Source: Verrucomicrobiota bacterium
GTDB taxonomy: Bacteria; Verrucomicrobiota; Verrucomicrobiia; Limisphaerales; UBA8199
Direction: 5' to 3'
Length of the DNA: 63,701 nt
NCBI GenBank assembly: GCA_026397855.1
Contig: JAPLUA010000264.1
Location: 1 to 63,701, forward strand
Positions 42,308 through 52,462 of this stretch are shown in pieces. The notes beneath the pieces are model-generated. The model was not told the DNA's origin and did not search any database. It saw only the letters and a program-made list of their open reading frames with translations. The position numbers and the translations under genes were made by a program. Each line of letters begins with the position of its first letter. Position 1 is the stretch's first letter.

Positions 42308-44500
42308 ATGAATACCTTGCGAACCAGGCTTGCGCTTCTCGGGCTTGCGCTCCTTGTCATCCCGTATGTCGCGCCGGCGTGGTCGGGCGATGCCTGGGGC
42401 CCCATCACCCGTGCGGCCATCAAGGCAAACGCCGACCTGATGATAGACTCGACCTGGACGCCGAAGAACACGTTCACGAACTGGCAGTACGGCACGTCTT
42501 ACCAGGTTTATTCCAAGGGGGTGACCTACACCGGCGTGCCCTACAGCCAAAGCAATCCACAGGATACGTGGTCGGAGTTCTACAACTATGCCACCAACAC
42601 CAGCGGCGGCAGTGTGCAATACGGCAACGATTGCTCGGGCTTCGCGAGCATCTGCTGGAAGCTGCCCTCCCGCGAGGTGACATCCTGGTTCGAGAGCCAG
42701 ATCGGGACGTATTGGACCAGCCTGGGCGCGACCGGCACTGCAGTCAGCGCTTCCCTGCTGGTGGGCGACGCGCTCAACTCGGCGACGGTCGGCCACATCG
42801 TCCTGTTCCTGAACTATGAAACCACCGGGGTGCGCACGATGGAGCAGACCCCCGACAACGCCCAGCGCAAGGTGCGGACTTACAGCAACCTGGCCGAATA
42901 CCGGCCCATCCGCCGGCTGCAACTCAGCGATGCCCCTTCGCTTTCCGTGGACGGCTTGAGCCGGGTGGCGGATGCGGGCAGCGCCGTGAGCTACAGCGTC
43001 ACAGCCGCCGGCACCACCCCCTTCACCTATCGCTGGCGGTTTAACGGGAACACCATCGCGGGGGCGACCACGAGCAAGCTGACGTTCATCGCGGCGCAAT
43101 TGACCAACGCCGGCAGCTACGTGTGCGTGGTCACAAATGCCTACGGCAGCGTGACCAGCCGGGTGATGTCGCTGACGGTTTACCCGGTCCAGACGACGGT
43201 GTTCCTGGACACCTTCGACACGAACACAGCAACGCAGTGGCTGCTCAGCAAGAGTTCCACTGACACGCGGGCGACCTTCAGCTACGACTATTCGGGGCTC
43301 GGGATTCCTTCCGCGCCGCGCTCGACGGGCGGGACGACGCGAGGCTTGCGCCTGGAGGCGAACATGACCGCGGGCGCGGTGGCGGCGATATCGCTTTCGC
43401 CCGTCAACCGAAGCTTCGCGGGTGATTATCGGTTGCGCTTTGACTTGTGGATGAACGCGAACGGGCCCTTCCCCGCCGGCGGCACCGGCTCCTCGCAGCA
43501 CTCAACTGCCGGGCTCGGCACCGCCGGCAACCGGGTGGAGTGGACCGGTGCCGGGACCACCGCGGATGGCTATTGGTTCGCCGTTGATGGCGAAGGCCAG
43601 GCCGACGACACCTCAGCGACTATCGGTGATTTCTGCGCCTTTGCGGGGACATCGCTCAAAAGCTCGACTTCCGGAGTCTATGCGGCCGGAACGAATACGA
43701 CCGCCAAGGGCAACATTGATCCTTACTACGTGGACGCGTTCCCGGGCGCGATCCAGGCACCCGCGTTGCAGCGAACCAATTACACCCAGCAGACCGGCGC
43801 GCTGGCGGCGGGAACGATTGGGTTCGCTTGGCATGAGGTCATCGTGGCGCGGCGCGGCAATACGGTGGACTGGGCGATTGACGGGATCAGGCTGGCGACC
43901 ATCACGAACGCGTCCTTCACGGCGAGCAATGTCTTTGTCGGCTACTGGGATTCGTATGCGTCGCTCTCGGACAACACCAACTTGAGCTTCGGCCTCGTGG
44001 ACAATGTGCGCGTCGAGGTGCCGGTCATCGCGCCGGCGGTTGTGTCGCAGCCGCGGGGTCAGACCAACCTGGCCGGCGCCAGTGTCACGCTATCGGTTGC
44101 CGCGACTGGGACCGAACCGCTGTGCTACCGCTGGCAGTGCGGCGGGACCAATTGCCCGCCGGGCACCAACGCGATGGTGGTGGCCGCCGCCGGCAATTAC
44201 GCGGTGACGGTGAGCAACGTGGCGGGCATGGTGACCAGCGCTGTGGCCATGGTGGCTTTCACCAACGCGCCGCCGGCTGAGCCCGGCCATTTCGACGCCA
44301 TCTGCCGTCTGCCCGATGGCTCGATGCGAATGGGCATGGCGGGCACCCCGGGCACCAACTATGTGGTCCAGTGGACCAGCGACTGGCTGGCGTGGTCCAA
44401 CCTGTGCACCTTGTCCGGCACCAACGGCACCTTCTGGCTGGTGGAGCCCTGCGCCACCAACAGCGGCCGTCGCTTCTACCGCTTGCGCCTTGGCCCGTGA
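42308..44500 (+). CDS. secreted multidomain protein: papain-like (NlpC/P60/CHAP-type) Cys-His domain, Ig-like domain, jelly-roll/LamG-like region, Ig-like domain, C-terminal 'RFYRLRL' domain
   Basis: Signal peptide 'MNTLRTRLALLGLALLVIPYVAPAWS'. 'GNDCSGFASICW' plus 'VGHIVLF'. Two 'Y.C.V.N..G' Ig-type modules. Confidence 0.6.
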   Translation: MNTLRTRLALLGLALLVIPYVAPAWSGDAWGPITRAAIKANADLMIDSTWTPKNTFTNWQYGTSYQVYSKGVTYTGVPYSQSNPQDTWSEFYNYATNTSGGSVQYGNDCSGFASICWKLPSREVTSWFESQIGTYWTSLGATGTAVSASLLVGDALNSATVGHIVLFLNYETTGVRTMEQTPDNAQRKVRTYSNLAEYRPIRRLQLSDAPSLSVDGLSRVADAGSAVSYSVTAAGTTPFTYRWRFNGNTIAGATTSKLTFIAAQLTNAGSYVCVVTNAYGSVTSRVMSLTVYPVQTTVFLDTFDTNTATQWLLSKSSTDTRATFSYDYSGLGIPSAPRSTGGTTRGLRLEANMTAGAVAAISLSPVNRSFAGDYRLRFDLWMNANGPFPAGGTGSSQHSTAGLGTAGNRVEWTGAGTTADGYWFAVDGEGQADDTSATIGDFCAFAGTSLKSSTSGVYAAGTNTTAKGNIDPYYVDAFPGAIQAPALQRTNYTQQTGALAAGTIGFAWHEVIVARRGNTVDWAIDGIRLATITNASFTASNVFVGYWDSYASLSDNTNLSFGLVDNVRVEVPVIAPAVVSQPRGQTNLAGASVTLSVAATGTEPLCYRWQCGGTNCPPGTNAMVVAAAGNYAVTVSNVAGMVTSAVAMVAFTNAPPAEPGHFDAICRLPDGSMRMGMAGTPGTNYVVQWTSDWLAWSNLCTLSGTNGTFWLVEPCATNSGRRFYRLRLGP

Positions 44501-44700
44501 TTGCCTGGCAACCCATTGAGCATGGATCCATTGATGACGCACCGGGCTAAAGGTCATTGCAGGAACGAATAAGTTCTACCGTGCTGTCACCCCTTGAACA
44601 CAATTAGTCCAACCAGGGCGGGCAACCCGCTGTAGGCCGAGTCCTTATGATGGAACGGCCTTCAGGATGAGACGGCATCAGCGAAATCCGGTGTTTATGG

Positions 44701-44764
44701 GGAGGGCACCCGGTGTGTCTCCGATGGGGGTCGACCCCCATGGGAGACACACCGGGTGCCCTCC
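44701..44764. repeat. 64-bp near-perfect palindrome between convergent genes
   Basis: GGAGGGCACCCGGTGTGTCTCC-g-ATGGGGGTCGACCCCCAT-g-GGAGACACACCGGGTGCCCTCC. 31 paired positions with one G:G mismatch. Confidence 0.9.
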
Positions 44765-44847
44765 GGGGACTCGCCGGGGTGACCCTGTGCGCAGGGCTGG
44801 GGCCTTTCGGGATTGGGCGAGTGGTTGTGGTTGGAGTTCTTGGGTGC

Positions 44848-46209
44848 TCAGAACTCCGCGTTCCCCGGTGTGCGCGCGAAGGGAATCACATCCCGGATAT
44901 TGGACACGCCCGTGAGGAACATCAGCAGCCGCTCGAAGCCCAGCCCGAACCCGGCATGCGGCACGGTGCCGTAGCGGCGCAGGTCCGCATACCACGCGTA
45001 GTCGTCGGGATTGAGCTTCTGGTATTTCATGTTATCCAGCAGTTGATCGAGCCGCTCCTCGCGCTGCGCGCCGCCGATAACCTCGCCGATTCCGGGCACG
45101 AGAATGTCCATGGCGGTGACGGTTTTCCCGTCCTCGTTCAGGCGCATGTAGAACGGCTTGATCTCGCGCGGGTAGTTGAACACGGTGGCCGGGGACTTTG
45201 CATATTCCTCGGTGAGGAATCGCTCGTGCTCCGACTGCAGGTTCAGGCCGTATTCGACCGGGAATTCGAACTGACGGCCGGACTGCTTCAGGATCCCGAT
45301 GGCCTCCGTGTAGGGCACGCGCACGAAGGGCCGCTCGACGACGAACTTCAGCCGCTCATGCACCCCCTTGTCCACGAACTTGGCAAACAGCGCGAGGTCC
45401 TCCCCGCAGTGCTCCAACGCGTGCTGCGCCATGGCCTTGATGAAGGCCTCGCCCAGGTCCATGTCCCCCTGGAGGTCGCAGAAGGCCATCTCCGGCTCGA
45501 TCATCCAGAACTCGGCCGCATGGCGCGCGGTGTTTGAGTTCTCGGCGCGGAAGGTCGGGCCGAAGGTGTAGATGTTGGACAGCGCGCAAGCGAAGGCTTC
45601 GCCCTCGAGCTGGCCGCTCACGGTCAGGTAGGTCTTCTTGCCGAAGAAATCCGCCTCGGGCTTCTCGTCTATGTTCCCCTTGAGGGATGTGACTCGGAAC
45701 ATTTCGCCCGCCCCTTCGCAGTCGCTGCCGGTGATGATGGGGGTATGGACATAGACGAAGTCGCGCTCCTGGAAGAACTGGTGGACCGCAAACGCCAGCC
45801 GGCTGCGCAGGCGGAAGATGGCGCCAAAGAGATTGGAGCGGGGGCGAAGGTGCGCGATAGTGCGCAGGAATTCCGGCGTGTGGCCTTTCTTCTGCAAGGG
45901 GTAGGCGGCATCGGCCGTGCCGATCAGCTCGACCCGGCTGGCGCGCAGCTCCCACTTCTGCCCTTGTGCGGGCGAAGGCACCAGTTTCCCCTCGACCACC
46001 GCCGAGGCTCCCGTCACGAGCCGGGTGATGTGTTCGGAGCCGGGCGTGCCGGCATCCACCACAACCTGGAGGTTGGCGAGGCAGGAGCCGTCGTTGAGTT
46101 CGAGAAACGAGAAGCCCTTGGAATCGCGCCGGGTGCGAACCCAGCCCTTGACGGTTATCGAATCCCCGGGCTCAGTGGATGCCAGGATATGTTTGATTAA
46201 CGTGCGCAT
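44848..46209 (-). CDS. asnS: asparagine--tRNA ligase
   Basis: From the ATG at 46209: 'MRTLIKHIL...[23 protein letters not shown]', '[21 protein letters not shown]', 'GFGLGFERL'. The ORF-track extension to 46872 is spurious. Confidence 0.93.
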   Translation of the reverse strand: MRTLIKHILASTEPGDSITVKGWVRTRRDSKGFSFLELNDGSCLANLQVVVDAGTPGSEHITRLVTGASAVVEGKLVPSPAQGQKWELRASRVELIGTADAAYPLQKKGHTPEFLRTIAHLRPRSNLFGAIFRLRSRLAFAVHQFFQERDFVYVHTPIITGSDCEGAGEMFRVTSLKGNIDEKPEADFFGKKTYLTVSGQLEGEAFACALSNIYTFGPTFRAENSNTARHAAEFWMIEPEMAFCDLQGDMDLGEAFIKAMAQHALEHCGEDLALFAKFVDKGVHERLKFVVERPFVRVPYTEAIGILKQSGRQFEFPVEYGLNLQSEHERFLTEEYAKSPATVFNYPREIKPFYMRLNEDGKTVTAMDILVPGIGEVIGGAQREERLDQLLDNMKYQKLNPDDYAWYADLRRYGTVPHAGFGLGFERLLMFLTGVSNIRDVIPFARTPGNAEF

Positions 46210-46217
46210 ACAAATCA

Positions 46218-47381
46218 CTACTTCAAAATCCTCGCGCCGGCCGCAGGGCGGGAGGAGAAAATGGCGGCCTGTCGGCCGGTCCGCTTCTCGTAAGTCCCAT
46301 CCACGGCGCGGATGAGGCCCGCGACCGCGTCCGCCTTGACCAGGCAGACGGCGCAGCCGCCAAAGCCACCGCCGGTCATCCGGCAGCCGATCACCCCCCC
46401 ATTCTTGCCAATAGACTGGACAATGTCCACCACTGCATCCAACTCCGGGCAGCTTACCTCGTAGTCGTCGCGCAGGGAAGTGTGGCTGTCGCGCATCAGT
46501 TGGCCCACGACAGGCCAGTCGGACGCCTGCAATGCCTGAGCCGCTTGCAAGGTACGCTCGTTCTCGCTGATGACGTGGCGGGCTCGCCGGAATGTGATCG
46601 AGTCCATCTCCCCTCGCGCCGCTTCCAGCGTTGCAAGTGTCGCATCGCGCAGCGCCGGCACTTTGAGGGCGCGCGCGGCCGTCTCGCACTGTGAGCGTCG
46701 CTTGGCATACTCGCCCTCCGCCAGACTGTGGCGCACGTTGGTGTTGATGATCACGACGCTGACCGAGAGATCGGTCATCGGCACCGGCGTGGTGGTGCGG
46801 GAGCGGCAGTCCAGCAGCAGCGCCTGGTTTTCCCGGGCCAGGATGGAGGTGAATTGGTCCATGATCCCGCACGGCACACCGGCGAACTCATGTTCCGCGC
46901 GCTGGCACAGCAGCGCCTTTTCCAGCGGGTCGAACGTCCTTTGGTTCATCGCTTCGAGGAGCGTGGCCGCGGCCACCTCCAGGGCGGCGCTGCTGGCGAG
47001 CCCGCCGCCGTAGGGCAAGGTCGAGTCAATCACCGCGTCAAAGCCGGTGGGCTTTCCTCCTTTGTGGGGGAAGCAGGCGATGACGCCGCGGACGTAGTTG
47101 GACCAGGCCGGCTGGCCGCGCTCGATGCCGGCGCGCACGCTGAAGTTGGCGGTTTCCCCCGTGGTCACGCTGTGCAGGGTGACTTCGCGCCGCGCATTGG
47201 GCCCCCCGGCGATCAACGTGTAGCGCTCGATCGCCATCGGCAGCGCGAAGCCGTCGTTGTAGTCCGTGTGCTCGCCGATCAGGTTCACGCGACCCGGCGC
47301 GGCGACAATCCACTGTGGTGCATGGCCAAAGCACCTGGAAAACAGCTTGGCCGCCCGATCCGCCATTAGGTTCAGAGACAT
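46218..47381 (-). CDS. galK: galactokinase
   Basis: '[18 protein letters not shown]', '[16 protein letters not shown]', '[12 protein letters not shown]'. Confidence 0.93.
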   Translation of the reverse strand: MSLNLMADRAAKLFSRCFGHAPQWIVAAPGRVNLIGEHTDYNDGFALPMAIERYTLIAGGPNARREVTLHSVTTGETANFSVRAGIERGQPAWSNYVRGVIACFPHKGGKPTGFDAVIDSTLPYGGGLASSAALEVAAATLLEAMNQRTFDPLEKALLCQRAEHEFAGVPCGIMDQFTSILARENQALLLDCRSRTTTPVPMTDLSVSVVIINTNVRHSLAEGEYAKRRSQCETAARALKVPALRDATLATLEAARGEMDSITFRRARHVISENERTLQAAQALQASDWPVVGQLMRDSHTSLRDDYEVSCPELDAVVDIVQSIGKNGGVIGCRMTGGGFGGCAVCLVKADAVAGLIRAVDGTYEKRTGRQAAIFSSRPAAGARILK

Positions 47382-47468
47382 AACTTACTGGCCGGAAGCA
47401 TAAGCCTTGAGAACCCGCTAAGCCAGATCATTGCTGCAAGATCCTGCAGGCCCCGTTATAGTGATGCC

Positions 47469-48020
47469 GTGCGCAAGCTGCCACGTTCATTCTATGACCG
47501 GGACACAATCGTGGTCGCCCGGGAACTCCTCGGGAAGCACCTTGTGCTGCGGTCGGCCGGAGGCAACCGGATTGGCCGCATCGTGGAAGTGGAGGCCTAC
47601 CTGGGGCCGCACGACCTGGCCGCGCACTCGGCGAGGGGGTTGACTGAGCGCACCAAGGTGATGTTCGGCCCGCCGGGTCACGCCTACGTTTACCTGATTT
47701 ACGGCATGTACCATTGCATGAATGTCGTGACGGAGAGGGAAGGTCATGCCTCGGCCGTGTTGCTGAGGGCGATCGAGCCTGTCGAAAACGTCGAAGGGCG
47801 AACCCAGGGCCAGGGCCTGCTCTGCCGGGCCATGCGCATTGACCGGCGCCTCAATGGACACGATCTCCTGAGCGAGGACTTCTACATCGCCGCCGCGCCT
47901 GAAGCGCCGCCGACGGTCATTGTCAAGCGACCCAGGATCGGGGTGGATTATGCGGGACACTGGGCCCGCCGCCACCTGCGATTCTACATCAAGGGCAACC
48001 CGTTCATCTCGCGGCCTTGA
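47469..48020 (+). CDS. DNA-3-methyladenine glycosylase (MPG/AAG family)
   Basis: GTG start; 'FYDRDTIVVARELLGK', 'IVEVEAYLGPHDLAAHS', 'GHAYVYLIYGMYHCMNVV'. Confidence 0.88.
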   Translation: MRKLPRSFYDRDTIVVARELLGKHLVLRSAGGNRIGRIVEVEAYLGPHDLAAHSARGLTERTKVMFGPPGHAYVYLIYGMYHCMNVVTEREGHASAVLLRAIEPVENVEGRTQGQGLLCRAMRIDRRLNGHDLLSEDFYIAAAPEAPPTVIVKRPRIGVDYAGHWARRHLRFYIKGNPFISRP

Positions 48021-48115
48021 TTCCTCCACTTAATGCGTTCACCCTTCGTGAGACCACTCGGGCAGGATCATAGGGGAGCTTGAACCTCGGACCTGTCAGC
48101 GGCATATTGTCTGAC

Positions 48116-48355
48116 ATGAAAGTGACCAAGACCGTGACGGTGAGAGAATTGAAGCGCGGAACACCCGAGGAAGCTCTGGGCCCTGGTGAGGCGTTACGTG
48201 TGACGAAGCCGTCCGGCAAGGGATTCCTGCTGGTCCGTGAAACGGAAACGCCAGACTTGGCCGCGTTGCACGAAGAAATCATGCGGGACATTCCCCTGAC
48301 CGGCCCGAGCCAAAAAACGGACCTGGCAGCGTGGCATCAAGAGGATGAGGAATGA
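48116..48355 (+). CDS. small antitoxin-like protein (Phd/VapB-like position)
   Basis: 79 aa, 'MKVTKTVTVRELKRG...' with an acidic tail. ATGA-coupled to a PIN-toxin remnant. Confidence 0.45.
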   Translation: MKVTKTVTVRELKRGTPEEALGPGEALRVTKPSGKGFLLVRETETPDLAALHEEIMRDIPLTGPSQKTDLAAWHQEDEE

Positions 48356-48402
48356 TCGTTTACCCGGACACCAGTTTCATTCTGGTTCGAGGGAGGGGAT
48401 AG
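48352..48402 (+). pseudogene. 16-codon remnant of a PIN-domain (VapC-like) toxin
   Basis: 'MIVYPDTSFILVRGRG*'. The N-terminal 'DTS.I' matches the first acidic PIN motif. Truncated 10 nt before the next gene. Confidence 0.4.
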
Positions 48403-48412
48403 CTTCCAGGAA

Positions 48413-49450
48413 ATGACCCGCGGCGCGTCGAGCAATCCCGCGAACCGCTTCGAGCGGATCCATGTCGAGCCTGATGCCGACTGGGATCCGGAGCAGGATC
48501 CCCTGCCGCGCACGCAATTCCTGCGCGACCGCAGCAGCCGGATCGTCGCCACCAACGACAGTCCGGACGTCCCTTTCGATGCCAGCATCAATCCTTACCG
48601 GGGGTGTGAGCACGGCTGCATCTACTGCTACGCGCGGCCGACGCATGAGTATCTCGGTTTCTCGGCCGGCCTTGATTTTGAGACGCGGATCATGGTGAAG
48701 GAGGACGCACCCGCTCTCCTGCGCGAGGAGTTGGCCTCGCCCCGTTGGATTCCGCGAGTCATCGGGCTGAGCGGTGTCACCGATCCCTACCAGCCCATTG
48801 AGCGCCGGCTCAAGCTGGCGCGAGGTTGCCTGGAAGTGCTTGCCGAGTTCCGCAACCCGGTGAGCGTTGTGACGAAGAACGGCCTTGTCGCGCGCGACCT
48901 GGATCTGCTTTCCGAGCTGGCCCGATATCAGGCGGCCATGGTGATGATCTCGCTCACGACGCTGAGCACGGAGTTGAGGGCAATCCTCGAGCCGCGGACC
49001 TCGCCGCCGGCGGCGAGGCTGGGAGCCATTCGGGCCTTGGCCGCCGCCCGCATCCCGGTTGGCGTGCTGGTCGCGCCGGTGATCCCCGGATTGACGGACC
49101 ACGAAATCCCGGCGCTGCTTGCCGCCGCCGCGGAAGCCGGGGCGAAGTTCGCCGATCATGCCCTGCTGAGGCTGCCCCAGGCTGTTGCGCCACTCTTCGA
49201 GCAATGGCTGGCGCAGCATTTGCCGGCGAAGAAGGACAAGATTCTGGGCCGGCTGCGTGCGATGCGCCGGGGTAAGCTCAATAACTCCCAATTCAGCCTG
49301 CGGATGAGCGGCGAGGGGGTTTATGCGGGCCAGATCGAGGCGATGTTTGCAGTGGCCTGTCGCAAAGCGGGGCTCGACGGCAACGCGCCACAGCTATCGG
49401 CCGCATCCTTTCGCCCCTGCTCAGCCCGACAGCTCTCGCTGTTTCAATAA
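48413..49450 (+). CDS. PA0069-family radical SAM protein (SplB-like)
   Basis: 'ASSNPANRFE', 'SINPYRGCEHGCIYCYARPTHEYLG'. Confidence 0.82.
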   Translation: MTRGASSNPANRFERIHVEPDADWDPEQDPLPRTQFLRDRSSRIVATNDSPDVPFDASINPYRGCEHGCIYCYARPTHEYLGFSAGLDFETRIMVKEDAPALLREELASPRWIPRVIGLSGVTDPYQPIERRLKLARGCLEVLAEFRNPVSVVTKNGLVARDLDLLSELARYQAAMVMISLTTLSTELRAILEPRTSPPAARLGAIRALAAARIPVGVLVAPVIPGLTDHEIPALLAAAAEAGAKFADHALLRLPQAVAPLFEQWLAQHLPAKKDKILGRLRAMRRGKLNNSQFSLRMSGEGVYAGQIEAMFAVACRKAGLDGNAPQLSAASFRPCSARQLSLFQ

Positions 49451-49539
49451 GCCCGGACCAAGGCCCGGGATGGGCGGCATTGCGACGGCGGCTTGGGGGA
49501 CAGGCAGCAGGGCGGCAAAGCGGCTTAAGCGGATGCGGG

Positions 49540-51012
49540 CTAATGTGCCGCATGCGCGGCGGTTGACGCGATGTTCTTGGAGGCGGCCAGGTCCTCCTTG
49601 CGCTGCTGCAGGCTCTTAAAGAACTCATAGCCTTCCCGGCAGCGGCGCACCAGGACGTCCTTGTCCTCGAGCATGGTCTTGATAATGCGGAGGATCGGCT
49701 TGGGCCGGAGGTAGTAGGCGCGATAGAAGCGGTCCACGGCCTCGAAGATCTCGTCCTTGCTCAGGCCCGGGTATTCGAGGGCGCTCTGCTGGAAGCCGTC
49801 GCCTTCCACCAGGTCGGTCTTGTCCTTCTTCACGAACCAGCCGTTCTGGCGGGCCATTTCGTAAAGCTCGGTGCCGGGGTAGGGCGCGGCGAGGCTGACC
49901 TGCATGGAGAACACATCCAGCTCCTGCGCAAAGCGGATGGTCTCCTCGATGGTCTCCCTGGTCTCGATCGGCAGCCCGAGCACGAAGGTGCCGTGAATGA
50001 CGACGCCGGCCTGGTGGCAGGCCTTGGTGAAGCGCCGCATCTCCTCGAGGGTGACGCCTTTCTTGATGTTCTTGAGAATCTGCTCGTTGCCGCTCTCGTA
50101 GCCCACCAGGAACAGCCGCAGGCCGGAGTCCTTGAAGGACTTGATCGTGTCGTAGTCCAGGTTGGCGCGGCTGTTGCAGCTCCACGGCAGGCCCAGCGGC
50201 GCGAGCTTCTTCGCGATCTCGCGGGCGCGCGGCAGGTTGGCGGTGAAGGTGTCGTCATCGAAGAAGAACTCTTTCACCTGCGGGAAGATCTTCTTCATGT
50301 AGGCCATCTCGTCGGCGACGTTCTGGGCCGAGCGGACGCGGTACTTGTGCCCGCCGATGGTCTGCGGCCAGAGGCAAAAAGTGCACTGCGCCGGGCAGCC
50401 GCGGCCAGTGTAAAGGCTCACGTAGGGGTGGAGCAGGTAGCCGATGAAATACTTCTCGATCTGCAGGTCGCGCTTGTAAACGTCCGCCACCCACGGCAGC
50501 GCATCCATGTCCGGGATCATCTCGCGCTCGGGGTTGTGCCGGACCTTGCCTTCCTTGTCGCGGTAGCTCAGGCCGGCGATGGTCTCGATCGGGCGGCCCT
50601 CGGCCACTTCCTTGCAGGTGTAATCGAATTCCTTGCGCCCGACCCAGTCAATCGCCGGGGAGGCCTTGAGCGTCTCGCCCGGCAAGACTGCCGCGTGCGC
50701 GCCGACGAAGCCGATCTTTGTCCCGGGCCGGTTCTGCTTGATGGCTTCGGCCACCTTGCAATCGTTCTTCAGGGACGGTGTCGAGGTGTGGATGATGACA
50801 TGATCGTAGCCTTTGGCCTCCTCGAGGCACTGCTTGATCTGGATGTCATGCGGCGGGCAATCCAGCAGCTTTGAGCCGGGCACAAGCGCCGCCGGCTGGG
50901 CCAGCCATGTGGGATACCAGAAGCTGGTCACCTCGCGCCGCGCCTGGTAGCGCGAGCCGGCACCGCCGTCGAATCCGTCAAAACTCGGGGGGGATAGAAA
51001 CAGGGTCTTCAT
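49540..51012 (-). CDS. hpnJ: hopanoid biosynthesis-associated B12-binding radical SAM protein HpnJ
   Basis: From the ATG at 51012: 'MKTLFLSPPSFDGFDGGAGSRYQARREVTSFWYPTWLAQPAA', 'SLYTGRGCPAQCTFCLWPQT'. Near-colinear with HpnJ as I remember it. Confidence 0.85.
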   Translation of the reverse strand: MKTLFLSPPSFDGFDGGAGSRYQARREVTSFWYPTWLAQPAALVPGSKLLDCPPHDIQIKQCLEEAKGYDHVIIHTSTPSLKNDCKVAEAIKQNRPGTKIGFVGAHAAVLPGETLKASPAIDWVGRKEFDYTCKEVAEGRPIETIAGLSYRDKEGKVRHNPEREMIPDMDALPWVADVYKRDLQIEKYFIGYLLHPYVSLYTGRGCPAQCTFCLWPQTIGGHKYRVRSAQNVADEMAYMKKIFPQVKEFFFDDDTFTANLPRAREIAKKLAPLGLPWSCNSRANLDYDTIKSFKDSGLRLFLVGYESGNEQILKNIKKGVTLEEMRRFTKACHQAGVVIHGTFVLGLPIETRETIEETIRFAQELDVFSMQVSLAAPYPGTELYEMARQNGWFVKKDKTDLVEGDGFQQSALEYPGLSKDEIFEAVDRFYRAYYLRPKPILRIIKTMLEDKDVLVRRCREGYEFFKSLQQRKEDLAASKNIASTAAHAAH

Positions 51013-51058
51013 GAAAATCGAACTGTGCGATCCATCGGGGGACGGTGAGCTGCCTAAT

Positions 51059-52453
51059 CTAAACCTTCTTCGCTTCGCGCACCCTGGCCAGCAGCTCATC
51101 CCGCTGCGAGGTGTCGCCCTGGCCGCAGGATCCCCCGTTGCCGTTGTTGCTATGGTGATCGAACATGTTTTTCGGCTCGGCCTGGCCGCAGTTAATGGCG
51201 GCTTTGGCTTCCGCAAGGTGGCCTTTGCCGACCGAAAAACCGTTGAAGGCGTTCACCTTGCGGCCCTCGTAATAGGGTGCCGGTCGGGGCCAGAAGTTGT
51301 ATTTGAACATCTTCCAGTTGTCGCCGCCCTGGTAGTTGGTGCCGAGCGCGCCGCTTGGGTCATACCCGCAGTGGACCATGCAATTCTCGCAGCGCGGATC
51401 CCGCACGACGCCGTCCACGACGCCGTATTTGGTCCAGTCCACCTGGTCGAGCATCTCCTGGTAGCGCCGGTAGTGGCCGTCGGTGATGAGGTAGCAGGGG
51501 GCCTTCCAGCCCTTGACGTTGCGCGTGGGAATGGCCCAGGCGGTGCAGGTCAGCTCGCGTTTGCCTGCCAGAAACTCCTGGTAAACGGTCGTGCCGAAGA
51601 TGGTGAAGCGCTCGCCCCATTCCTGGATCTTGGCAAACTTCTCGCGCGTCATGGCCCGGGTGAGGAAGAAGTCCTCGGGCTTCTTGCCAAGGCGTGTGAC
51701 AATGTCCTTCTTGGCGGCGTCGTAATCGTATCCGGGGGAGATGGTGTGGCCATCCACCTCCAGCGACGAGAAGAACTGAAACATCTGTTCCAGCTCCTGC
51801 ACGTCGGTTTCCTTATAGACCGTGGCGTTGGTTGCGACCTGGTAGCCGAGCAGCTTCGCCATCCGGATGGCCGCAACGCACTCCTGGAAAACGCCCTCGC
51901 GCTCTACAATCAGGTCGTGCGTGTATTCCAGGCCGTCAATGTGAACGTTCCAGTAGATCCATTTCGAAGGCTTGATAACGGGCCGGCCATCCTGTTTGCC
52001 CTTGCGGATGCTCTCGGCGTCTTTCTCCAGGATCAGCTTCTCGGCCAGCAGTTTGGCGAGGGTAGGTTCCAACGCCGGCGAATAGATGCCGGCCAGGTAG
52101 TCCTTCATCTTCTTCCGCATGAATACGCCATTCGTGCAGATATAAACGATCCGGCCCTGGTCGCGGAGCCCCGTCACCAGCTCCTCGATCTTTGGGTAGA
52201 TGAGCGGCTCGCCCCCGCAAATGGACACCATGGGCGCGTCGCATTCCTGGGCTGAGCCCAGGCAATCCTCCAGCGTCATCATGTCCTTGAGGCTGGTGGA
52301 ATACTCGCGGATCCGGCCGCAGCCGGTGCAGGTCAGGTTGCAGGTGTGCAGCGGTTCGAGCTGCAGGACCAGCGCAAACCTTGGGGTGCGCAGGATTTTG
52401 TGCTTAATGATGTGACGGGCAATCTTGACCGTCAGCGCGAGCGGAAATCGCAT
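51059..52453 (-). CDS. hpnH: adenosyl-hopene transferase HpnH-family radical SAM protein (with an internal insertion and a C-terminal tail)
   Basis: 'LVLQLEPLHTCNLTCTGCGRI', 'SICGGEPL', 'FLAGKRELTCTAWAIPTRNVKGWKAPCYL', 'CENCMVHCGYD'. Confidence 0.8.
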   Translation of the reverse strand: MRFPLALTVKIARHIIKHKILRTPRFALVLQLEPLHTCNLTCTGCGRIREYSTSLKDMMTLEDCLGSAQECDAPMVSICGGEPLIYPKIEELVTGLRDQGRIVYICTNGVFMRKKMKDYLAGIYSPALEPTLAKLLAEKLILEKDAESIRKGKQDGRPVIKPSKWIYWNVHIDGLEYTHDLIVEREGVFQECVAAIRMAKLLGYQVATNATVYKETDVQELEQMFQFFSSLEVDGHTISPGYDYDAAKKDIVTRLGKKPEDFFLTRAMTREKFAKIQEWGERFTIFGTTVYQEFLAGKRELTCTAWAIPTRNVKGWKAPCYLITDGHYRRYQEMLDQVDWTKYGVVDGVVRDPRCENCMVHCGYDPSGALGTNYQGGDNWKMFKYNFWPRPAPYYEGRKVNAFNGFSVGKGHLAEAKAAINCGQAEPKNMFDHHSNNGNGGSCGQGDTSQRDELLARVREAKKV

Positions 52454-52462
52454 AGAGGGACG

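Noticed and set aside
41861-43501. 546-aa minus-strand ORF across the 41261 and 42308 genes
   Set aside because: It spans an intergenic gap of two plus-strand genes, is Arg/Gly/Pro-rich and has no motifs.
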